From positions 94,096-158,095 of the forward strand of contig DAOUKT010000037.1 in NCBI GenBank assembly GCA_034421015.1: a DNA stretch of 64,000 nucleotides, read 5' to 3'. The stretch is from Dehalococcoidia bacterium. GTDB lineage: Bacteria > Chloroflexota > Dehalococcoidia > Lucifugimonadales > UBA2985. Below, piece by piece: positions 37,418 through 45,175 of the stretch. Position numbers and translations under genes: made by a program. Positions within the stretch are counted from its first letter, which is position 1, and every line of letters starts with the position of its first letter. Below the pieces are notes generated by a model. The model made no database searches, had not been told where the DNA came from, and saw only the letters and a list, made by a program, of their open reading frames with translations.

Positions 37418-38422
37418 ATGAGCAGCAAGTCCATAATCGCCATCACAATGGGGGACCCGTGCGGAATCGGGCCGGAGATTGTGGCCAAGGCCCTCGCCAT
37501 ACCGGAGATTGCCCAGGAGTGCCACCCCCTGGTGATTGGCAACGCCCCGCTGCTCAGGAAGACGGCGGTGGACCTGGGCCTTGCCCTGGACATTACCCCC
37601 GTTTTCTCCGCCGCCCAGGCCGCGGACAACGCCATCTCCATCCTTGACCCTGGCAACCTCAGGCCGGAGGACGTTGTCCCCGGGCAGATCAGCGCCGCGG
37701 CCGGAAGGGCGTGCGTTGAGTGGGTGCTGCGAGCGGGTGAGCTGGCGCTTTCAGGGGACGTGCAGGCGATGGCCACCGCTCCCATCAACAAGGAGGCAGC
37801 CCAGGCGGCGGGCTACCAGGACATCGGGCACCTGGAGCTTCTGCAGAGCCTCAGCGAGGCCCCGCAGGTGGCCACCATGCTCACGGCGGGCAGCCTGCGC
37901 GTCGTGCACCTGACCACCCACAGGTCCCTGGCCCGGGCTGTGGCCTACGTCACCATGGACAACGTGCTGGCAAAGATCGAGCTGATCCAGACCTGCTTCA
38001 AGGACTGGGGCTTCGACTCGCCCCGCATTGCGGTGGCGGCCCTGAACCCCCACGGAGGCGACGGCGGCCTGCTGGGGCGGGAGGAGATCGACGAGATCGC
38101 GCCGGCCGTGGAGGCGGGCCGCAAGCAGGGCATCGACGTGACGGGGCCTGTGCCTGCGGACTCGGTCTTTCCCCAGGCCGCGGAGGGCCGCTACGACGCC
38201 GTCCTGGCCCTCTACCACGACCAGGGTCACATCCCAATCAAGATGAAGGACTTCGAGGGCAGCGTAAGCATTAACCTGGGGCTGCCGTTCACCCGCACGT
38301 CGGTCGACCACGGAACGGCTTTCGACATAGCGGGGAAGGGGATAGCCAGCGCCAGGGGCATGGTGGCGTCGATTGAGGTTGCCACCGTCATGGCGAACAC
38401 CGGATGCCTGCCCCGGGAGTAG
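37418..38422 (+). CDS. pdxA: 4-hydroxythreonine-4-phosphate dehydrogenase family protein (PdxA/PdxA2)
   Basis: 334 aa. IAITMGDPCGIGPEI start, NPHGGDGGLLGREE, ALYHDQGHIPIK, TSVDHGTAFDIAGKG. Confidence 0.85.
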   Translation: MSSKSIIAITMGDPCGIGPEIVAKALAIPEIAQECHPLVIGNAPLLRKTAVDLGLALDITPVFSAAQAADNAISILDPGNLRPEDVVPGQISAAAGRACVEWVLRAGELALSGDVQAMATAPINKEAAQAAGYQDIGHLELLQSLSEAPQVATMLTAGSLRVVHLTTHRSLARAVAYVTMDNVLAKIELIQTCFKDWGFDSPRIAVAALNPHGGDGGLLGREEIDEIAPAVEAGRKQGIDVTGPVPADSVFPQAAEGRYDAVLALYHDQGHIPIKMKDFEGSVSINLGLPFTRTSVDHGTAFDIAGKGIASARGMVASIEVATVMANTGCLPRE

Positions 38423-38443
38423 GCGAGGCGCAAGGCGGACCGC

Positions 38444-38558
38444 CACCCGCTCATGGTGAGCATGTCGAACCATTTGAGCGGGCCAATACTGCTTCAACCG
38501 CTCACTCCCTTCGACAGGCTCAGAGCCTGCCCCGTACTGGATACGGGGGTGAGCGGAA
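38444..38558 (+). repeat. Composite 115-bp palindromic repeat cluster downstream of pdxA, a direct copy of 37205..37348 lacking the first module A
   Basis: cacccgctcat[g]gtgagcatgtcgaaccatttgagcggg ... ccgctcactcccttcgacaggctcagagcctgccccgtactggatacgggggtgagcggaa. The outer stem ccgctcaC/Gtgagcgg versus ccgctcaT/Atgagcgg in the upstream copy is a compensatory pair. Confidence 0.8.
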
Positions 38559-38616
38559 TAGAATATCGCCTGCGCGACCATGAGCGAGTGCTATAATGAC
38601 ATTGAGATGCTAACCC

Positions 38617-39435
38617 ATGGCTGAACAACTGAAACTGGCATTCATTGGCGGCGGCACTATGGCCGAGGCCATCCTGTCCGGCGTGCTGGACAACGGGCTG
38701 GCAGCGCCCGGCGGTGTCCGCGTTGGGGAGCCTGTGGAGGGTCGCAGGAACTACCTCAGCGAGCGGTACGGCGTTGGGACTACGTCTGACAACTGCCAGG
38801 CCATCGAGTCGGCTGACCTGGCTATTCTTGCCGTGAAGCCACAACAGCTGGGCGACGTGCTCGGAGAGCTGCGGGGCCGCTTGACCGCTTCACAGGCTGC
38901 TTTGTCGATTGTCGCCGGGGCGACAATGAAGAGCATTGCCAAGGGTCTGGACCATCCGGCCGTCATCCGCGTCATGCCCAACACGCCGGCGCAGGTGGGG
39001 CAGGGGATGAGCGTCTGGACGGCGTCCGCGGCCGTGAGCGCCCGTCACGAAGAGGCGGCCCGCACAATTCTGAAGTCCCTGGGTGAAGAGGTGTACGTGG
39101 CCGAGGAGAAGTACCTGGACATGGCGACGGCCCTCAGCGCCAGCGGCCCCGCCTACGTCTTCCTGTTCCTAGAGTCCCTCATCGACGCCGGGGTGTACCT
39201 GGGGCTGTCCAGGGACATGGCCCAGGTGTTGGCCCTGCAGACCGTGTACGGAAGCGCGGCCCTGGCCAAGAGCTCCGGCAGGCACCCGGCGGAGCTGCGC
39301 AACATGGTGACGTCGCCGGGAGGGACCACGGCCGAGGCTCTTCTGTCCATGGAGGACGACGGGCTGAGGAGCGCCATCATCAACGGCGTCATAGCCGCGC
39401 ACGAGAAGGCCGCGGCCCTGGGTGAGGAAGACTAG
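38617..39435 (+). CDS. proC: Pyrroline-5-carboxylate reductase
   Basis: 272 aa. FIGGGTMAEAI Rossmann start, VMPNTPAQVGQGMSV, SPGGTTAEAL. Confidence 0.9.
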   Translation: MAEQLKLAFIGGGTMAEAILSGVLDNGLAAPGGVRVGEPVEGRRNYLSERYGVGTTSDNCQAIESADLAILAVKPQQLGDVLGELRGRLTASQAALSIVAGATMKSIAKGLDHPAVIRVMPNTPAQVGQGMSVWTASAAVSARHEEAARTILKSLGEEVYVAEEKYLDMATALSASGPAYVFLFLESLIDAGVYLGLSRDMAQVLALQTVYGSAALAKSSGRHPAELRNMVTSPGGTTAEALLSMEDDGLRSAIINGVIAAHEKAAALGEED

Positions 39436-39686
39436 TGGCAGCCCTTGTCAACGCCATAATAACGCTGCTCTACCTGGCGATACTGGGGCGCGTCATAATC
39501 GACTGGCTGGTAATAGGCAGGGTCATGCAGCCCCAGAACCCCATACGGTACGCCCTCATAAGCATAACGGAGCCTTTCCTGGCCCCCATCCGCCGATACA
39601 CCACCTTCGGGACAATAGACCTCAGCCCAATGGTGGCAATCTTCGTCCTGATAATCATCCAGAACGTGGTGCGAGCAAGCCTCTAG
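39435..39686 (+). CDS. yggT: YggT family membrane protein
   Basis: 83 aa. ILGRVIIDWL ... TEPFLAPIRRY ... IDLSPMVAIFVL is the typical YggT pattern. The GTG start abuts the proC stop. Confidence 0.8.
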   Translation: MAALVNAIITLLYLAILGRVIIDWLVIGRVMQPQNPIRYALISITEPFLAPIRRYTTFGTIDLSPMVAIFVLIIIQNVVRASL

Positions 39687-39704
39687 CGTGGGCCTTGGTG
39701 AGCC

Positions 39705-41591
39705 TCAGGACCCGACTTTCGCCTCCTCCACGCCCCACACCTCCGGCATGAGGCGCTGAAGCCCAAGCTCTCGCATGGTCTCCGGAAGGGGCTTGCCGGT
39801 CTCCCTGTCCCAGCCTGCGGTCCTGTAGTATGTGGACACCATCGTCTCCCAGTTTGCCTTGGCGCTGGTTCCCGCAGCCGGCCCGTCGATGGGCGTTGAC
39901 CAGTACCTCTCAGACGGCCTCTCCAGGTCCACGCCCAGGCCGCACCTGAGGTTGAACAGGCGGAACATGGCCGCGCTCCGCTTGCCGAACTCCATGGCCT
40001 CTTCCTTGGTGTAGTCCCAGCCGGTCAGGGCGTTCAGCGCCCGGCATATCAGCTCAACGTAGGTGTTCACCGTGAAGCTGCACACGCCCAGGGCGTCCAC
40101 GAAGTTGCGCTTGCCCAGCATGGCTGCCAGGTTGTAGGCAACGGCTTCGGGATCGAATGGATCGTGGGTCTCCGGCAGGCCGAACTCCTGGGGCTGCTGG
40201 CCTCCACCCTCGATGGTGCCGATGTTGGTGACGCAACCGTCCAGCATCTCGGACCAGCGACCGCGATGGTCGTGGCCCCGGGGCGTGGTGCCCTTGTGAA
40301 CGAAGACCGCGCAGTCGTAGGCATCTCCGCCAAGTCGCTCCGCGGCGCGCTTCACGCCCTCCGCCAGCACGTCGCCGAAGCCCTCTCGATGGGTGATCAT
40401 CTGCAGCAGGGCGTTGGCAGCCTCCGAGTCGCCCCACCTCATCTCCAGGCCGCCCAGCTGCTCCTTTGTGATGTAGCCCTTCTCGTAGCACTCCATCACC
40501 CAGCCAATCACCCACCCGAACTCATTGACGTCCACGCCTGCCTTGTCCGTCTGGGTGTTGAGCCACATCATAGCGGCGGTGTCCACGCTGCCGATCTGCG
40601 GGCCGCACATGGCGATGCCCTCGGACTCCGCCTCGTCCACCAGCGCGCCCTCGTAGCTGCCCTCAGGCACCACCAGGATGTGGCAATGGCCCTTCATCCC
40701 GCAGCCGCTGCACTGGTGGCCGCGGTGGGGGAACTTCTGGCGAAGGGTCGCAGGCTCCAGCTCGTCCAGTCGCTCCATGACCGGGTAGATGTTGGTGGTC
40801 AGGTTCTTGATGGACAGCGCCCCCGACCGGTTGTTGCGAAGGGGGCCGCCCAGGGTCCCGTACTCGTAGGTGGGAGTGCCCTTGACCTCGTGGCTTATCA
40901 CGTCGGCGGCCTGCATGAGGCCCGCCGGATCGTGGACGGCGACGCCCCCGCTCCCGCGGACAATGGCGACGCACTTCACCTTCTTCACGCCCATCACTGC
41001 GCCGCAGCCGTTCTTGCTCGCCACGTGGCCGTAGTCGCCCTGGATGATGGCCCACCTGACCATGTTCTCGCCCGCCGGGCCAATGCCGTACACGCTCATC
41101 TGGTGGCCGCTCAGCCCGTACTCCTCCTGCAGCGCGTCCTGGGTCTCCCAAGTGTCCCTGCCGAGCAGGTGCGATGCGTCCCTCAGCTCCACAACGTCGT
41201 CGTTTATATGGACGTAGACCCACCTGCTGGCCTGCCCCTGGAGTACGATGCCGTCGTAGCCGCAGTACTTCAGGTTGGCTCCGAAGAAGCCCTGGGCGTT
41301 GGTGACGACTGCGCCGCCTGTCATTGCGCCCTTGGTCACGACGGTGAGGCTTCCCGTCCCCCAGACCGGCGTGCCCGCAAGGGGCCCTGAGCCGAGGAAC
41401 AGCCGATTCTCGGGATCGTCCCAGGCGACCTCCGGGGGCACCTCCTCCCACAGGATCTTGTAGCCAATGCCCACGGCTCCCAGGTAGTACCGGCACTCCT
41501 CCGGGGTAAGCGTCTCGGTCCAGACGCGCTCCGTGGTCAGGTCTATGCGCAGGATTCTTCCGGTGTAACCGCCCGGCATCTTTGTCTCCAT
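39705..41591 (-). CDS. aor: Aldehyde:ferredoxin oxidoreductase family (tungsto/molybdopterin AOR)
   Basis: 628 aa. The N-terminal YTGRILRIDLTTERVWTETL...YLGAVGIGYKILWEE is typical of the AOR N-domain. Length fits the family. Confidence 0.85.
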   Translation of the reverse strand: METKMPGGYTGRILRIDLTTERVWTETLTPEECRYYLGAVGIGYKILWEEVPPEVAWDDPENRLFLGSGPLAGTPVWGTGSLTVVTKGAMTGGAVVTNAQGFFGANLKYCGYDGIVLQGQASRWVYVHINDDVVELRDASHLLGRDTWETQDALQEEYGLSGHQMSVYGIGPAGENMVRWAIIQGDYGHVASKNGCGAVMGVKKVKCVAIVRGSGGVAVHDPAGLMQAADVISHEVKGTPTYEYGTLGGPLRNNRSGALSIKNLTTNIYPVMERLDELEPATLRQKFPHRGHQCSGCGMKGHCHILVVPEGSYEGALVDEAESEGIAMCGPQIGSVDTAAMMWLNTQTDKAGVDVNEFGWVIGWVMECYEKGYITKEQLGGLEMRWGDSEAANALLQMITHREGFGDVLAEGVKRAAERLGGDAYDCAVFVHKGTTPRGHDHRGRWSEMLDGCVTNIGTIEGGGQQPQEFGLPETHDPFDPEAVAYNLAAMLGKRNFVDALGVCSFTVNTYVELICRALNALTGWDYTKEEAMEFGKRSAAMFRLFNLRCGLGVDLERPSERYWSTPIDGPAAGTSAKANWETMVSTYYRTAGWDRETGKPLPETMRELGLQRLMPEVWGVEEAKVGS

Positions 41592-41621
41592 AGGAACACC
41601 TCCTTTGGCTTGATGGTGGAA

Positions 41622-42068
41622 TCAGTCGCAGCGCTGCCTAAGCAGCCTCCTGTGCGTACTGGTTACAGCCTGGTCGCGTATGGTGGTATAGATTCTGCCT
41701 CCGCTTACGTTGTCCCTAAAGTCCCTTTGCAAGGCGGAGTCATTGGTGAACAGTAGGCGGGCATGGCCAACAATTGCGAGGGCGATAACGTGAGCGTCAT
41801 TCGATCTGCAGGCGCCCCGATTTTCCAAGTCAGTTGTCTCGGAGGCTACCCGGTCGTCTGGAATTATCTTGGCTACCCCGATCTTTACTGATACCCCAAG
41901 CCATCTCTGGAACTTCTGAAGCCCGCTTAGCTCCTGCAAAAGCCTCCCGCCTACAATCAACCTGCCGCCTCGCTCTGGGGTCAGCCAGTCAAGAAAGTGC
42001 TTGCCCGCAGGTGATGGTGAATCCCCAAAAACTTGATCTCGTACATTGGCGTCAACAATAGAGCACAT
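41622..42068 (-). CDS. PIN-like domain protein (putative nuclease), second gene of the ATPase-PIN cassette
   Basis: 148 aa with acidic residues in PIN-like order: MCSIVD6ANV, GGRLLQEL, SNDAHVIALAIV, LLFTNDSAL. Its ATG immediately follows the stop of the upstream ATPase gene (no gap). Low GC. Confidence 0.6.
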   Translation of the reverse strand: MCSIVDANVRDQVFGDSPSPAGKHFLDWLTPERGGRLIVGGRLLQELSGLQKFQRWLGVSVKIGVAKIIPDDRVASETTDLENRGACRSNDAHVIALAIVGHARLLFTNDSALQRDFRDNVSGGRIYTTIRDQAVTSTHRRLLRQRCD

Positions 42069-43427
42069 TCACAAGCCTATTGAGCGTCGCATCTCGTCCA
42101 TGAAGAACTGGCCGTATCCTGGCGGAGGGTTGACAATATTCCCATCAGCGTCCAACTCCAGTGAGTGGATATTGGCCTCCAACCCGTTCCTCTCAAAGTA
42201 TAGAATTGAAACGTCCTCCGGCTTGAGGTCGGTCTTTTTGTCCCGCACGTCCATGCGCACGCGGTCTAGGATGTAGTCGCTGTGTGTCTCCACTATTATC
42301 TGCCTGTCCCAACTTGCGAGGCGGCAGAACAGGCTTCCAAGGGCAGCCTGTGCAGTAGGGTGCAAGTGTACTTCAGGTTGTTGCAGTAGAAAAACGGAGG
42401 CGTGGTATTCCCGGAGCAGCTCAATCAGGACCGGTAGTATCTGGCTTACTCCGTAGCCAACGTCGATCAAATTCCTCCTTCTACCCTTTAGTCTCCCACC
42501 AGATTTTCTGATCTGTAACTGGAATGGAGAGCCTTCCGACTTGCCCAAAGGTTCTATGGCGATCTCATCAAACAGGCCAGATCTCTCCCCAAACTCCTCG
42601 ATAGTTTCTTTCAGACTCAGCCATTCGTTCGGGGAATGTCTAGACATGTTTGCGAGAAGTGTTGGTATGTACTCTCCCTCCGGGTCCTGGAAAGGCCGTG
42701 AGGGATCGTATGTGCGCTTGGGCGTTGACCTGACGGGCGCACCCGCAAAGATGGGATTACTGCCTCGGACATCATGAATCGGATATGGGAGTGTATGCGT
42801 GAGCTGAGATATATACCCCAAATCGTCTTCAGTTAAGGTATGAGAGGACTTTTCGTCCATATCACTCCGAGACTCTTCAGGCATTCCCGACAGTGGCCAT
42901 AACTGACTCCATTGGCTGATCAAGCTGGACAAGGGAATAAGGAAGTCGTCAACATACATGGGCACGCCTTCTGGGATACTCGCAATCACCTGACGGTCGA
43001 ATACCGCCAACCTTATATTATCCTGGGAGACCTCGATACGCAGTCCGTCAGAAGAGACACTACGAGTGGTGGGAAATGGGACACCATTCCTTGACTCAAA
43101 TGTCGCTTTGAAGGACACTGAGTCTTCGGAGTCCCATCTCGGTCCAACGAACCAAATTGGCGCCTTCCGGCTGAATCCTGCCTCAAGTGATTTCTCTCCA
43201 CTCTGCCCACTGTTGTAGGCAATCTCGCTGAACGTGCCCAAGTCGTAAGGAGGATCCCGGAAATCCGGGACCCTTGATTCAAAAGCCACTTGACGCAGGG
43301 CGCGCACCAATGCCAAGAAAGAGGTCTTTCCAGTGCTATTCTCACCAACCAGAAGAGTCAGGGGCGCCAGGCGCGCCTTCTGCTCCTCTCGGAAGCAGCG
43401 GAAGTTCTTGAGTGTGACCTCGTGCAT
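42069..43427 (-). CDS. ABC/SMC-type AAA ATPase (AAA_15/AAA_21-like head with a DUF3696-like C-terminal domain)
   Basis: 452 aa. MHEVTLKNFRCF...LLVGENSTGKTS (Walker A), a ~270-aa insert, NLIDVGYGVSQILPVLIELL, VFLLQQPEVHLHP (Walker B/D-loop region), IIVETHSDYILDR (H-loop), and the C-terminal ILYFERNG...GNIVNPPPGYGQFF. Sampled 60-nt lines are 43-50% GC. Confidence 0.75.
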   Translation of the reverse strand: MHEVTLKNFRCFREEQKARLAPLTLLVGENSTGKTSFLALVRALRQVAFESRVPDFRDPPYDLGTFSEIAYNSGQSGEKSLEAGFSRKAPIWFVGPRWDSEDSVSFKATFESRNGVPFPTTRSVSSDGLRIEVSQDNIRLAVFDRQVIASIPEGVPMYVDDFLIPLSSLISQWSQLWPLSGMPEESRSDMDEKSSHTLTEDDLGYISQLTHTLPYPIHDVRGSNPIFAGAPVRSTPKRTYDPSRPFQDPEGEYIPTLLANMSRHSPNEWLSLKETIEEFGERSGLFDEIAIEPLGKSEGSPFQLQIRKSGGRLKGRRRNLIDVGYGVSQILPVLIELLREYHASVFLLQQPEVHLHPTAQAALGSLFCRLASWDRQIIVETHSDYILDRVRMDVRDKKTDLKPEDVSILYFERNGLEANIHSLELDADGNIVNPPPGYGQFFMDEMRRSIGL

Positions 43428-43511
43428 TTTAGGACCCTTACGGTCGATTGAACCGGCACAAGCGCACCGGAACTCTCCGTAAGTTTATCACATACGGAAA
43501 GGCCAGCCGCC

Positions 43512-44927
43512 CTACGGCCGCGCTTCGGAGGCGGGGGCGTCGTCGTCAGGCAGGACGGCGGACTTGGGCGGGTTGGGACGCTTGGCGAAGACTAGGAAGC
43601 CAACGCCCACCAGCATCGCTATTATGAAGCTGGTGAAGGCCACCGTATAGCTGCCGGTTGTGTCGTAGATCCAGCCGGCGAAGACCGGGCCGGTGACGGT
43701 GGTCGGAATGTGGAACAGCTGGTTGAAGCCCCGGATGGTGGCGTAGTTCTTCCGGCCAAAGTATTCGCCGACTATGGCCATGTACACCGGGATTGCGCCG
43801 CCATAAGAGATGCCGTAGACCACCACGAAGAGCCAGACCTGGGTCATGCTGGTGGCGGTCATCAGGATGTATATGCCCAGGGTCTGGAGCAGCAGAGTGC
43901 CAATCATAATGTGCCGCTTGTCCATATAGTCGCCCAGCACGCCGAAGCCCAGTCGCCCTATGAGGCTGATGGTGACCATGCCTCCCAGAGCGGCGCTGGC
44001 CAGCACCAGGGGGATGTCCCGGACCTCCGTGAGGTACTTGATCTGGTGCACCACTATGGACGTCATCACAAATGCCCTGGCGCCCGTGCCCAGAATGAGC
44101 ATCCAGAACGCCATTGTGGACAGCGCCTCTCTGACGCTGAAGTCGTACTCCGACCAGGCCACCTTCATAGACGATGGGCCGCGTTTTCCCTGTGGGGGAG
44201 CCGCGCTGGCCTGAACGGCGGCGGTGTGGGGGTCGTCGCCATCCGGCAGGTAGCCGTACTGCTCCGGCTTGTGTCTCAGAAGCAGGGACAGGGGGATGAT
44301 GATGACAAATACGCCTATGCCTGCAATGAACGACGTTGTTCGCCATCCGTAAACGTCCACCAGGAAGCCCAGTATGAAGACCGTGAGGCCGCTGCCGCCT
44401 GCGCCCAGGGAGAAGATGGCAAAGGCGCGGGAGCGTTTCCTGATGAACCAGGCGTTGACCGACGCCATGCTGGCGTGCCCGAAGCCGGTGTTGTAGCCAA
44501 TGGACATCCACCCGGCGTAGAGCAGGCCAAATGCCACCAGGGCGCTGACATGAATGGGTCCGACCTGGAACGCTGCGACGGAGCTCATGGCCATGAAGCC
44601 AAAGCCCGTAATCACGGCGCCGATGATGGCCATTTTCCTGGGACCGAACTTGTCGACCGCCCAGCCGATGATCGGTCCTTCAATGCCACCCTCCAGGCGG
44701 GAAAGGGAGATGATGGCGGCGCCCGCGGCGGCGGTCCATCCAAACTCGTCCAGGAGCGCCTTGTAGAAGATGGGGAATCCGTAGAACCAGATGCCCGCGC
44801 CGTACACGTTGATTGCGGCGGCGGCGGCAACAATGTACCAGCCGTAGAAAATCTTGGGCTTGCGGATGGGAATGGCGAGAACGCTCACTTCGCGAGCTAT
44901 GATACCACAAATCGCTGGTTGGTACAT
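43512..44927 (-). CDS. MFS transporter, oxalate/formate antiporter (OFA)-like
   Basis: Start taken at ATG 44927 (ORF-track maximum is 45014). KIFYGWYIVAAAAAINVYGAGIWFYGFPIFYKALLDEFGW is a typical OFA N-terminus. About 12 TM segments with a central hydrophilic loop. Confidence 0.75.
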   Translation of the reverse strand: MYQPAICGIIAREVSVLAIPIRKPKIFYGWYIVAAAAAINVYGAGIWFYGFPIFYKALLDEFGWTAAAGAAIISLSRLEGGIEGPIIGWAVDKFGPRKMAIIGAVITGFGFMAMSSVAAFQVGPIHVSALVAFGLLYAGWMSIGYNTGFGHASMASVNAWFIRKRSRAFAIFSLGAGGSGLTVFILGFLVDVYGWRTTSFIAGIGVFVIIIPLSLLLRHKPEQYGYLPDGDDPHTAAVQASAAPPQGKRGPSSMKVAWSEYDFSVREALSTMAFWMLILGTGARAFVMTSIVVHQIKYLTEVRDIPLVLASAALGGMVTISLIGRLGFGVLGDYMDKRHIMIGTLLLQTLGIYILMTATSMTQVWLFVVVYGISYGGAIPVYMAIVGEYFGRKNYATIRGFNQLFHIPTTVTGPVFAGWIYDTTGSYTVAFTSFIIAMLVGVGFLVFAKRPNPPKSAVLPDDDAPASEARP

Positions 44928-45175
44928 CCCGAAACGGGAATTGCCTTGAATATGTCCCCGAAAGCGAACTGCAAATACGAATACCTGAGATAGATGTCGC
45001 TGTGATGGCCGCATTCGTTCAGGGGCGCGAAAACGGACCGAATCGCCCGGCTGCTTAAACCGCAGAGAAGCCGCCGTCCACCTCTATTTGGGCACAGTGG
45101 GATCAGCCGGGACGTGGTCTTAGGCGAGTGAGGCAGCCGGCGCGCCAGGACCTCTTTGGCGTTGGCTTGGGACCT

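Noticed and set aside
40164-41496. 408-aa + strand and 277-aa minus-strand off-frame ORFs inside the aor locus
   Set aside because: They overlap the AOR frame and have low-complexity Arg/Gly/Pro composition.
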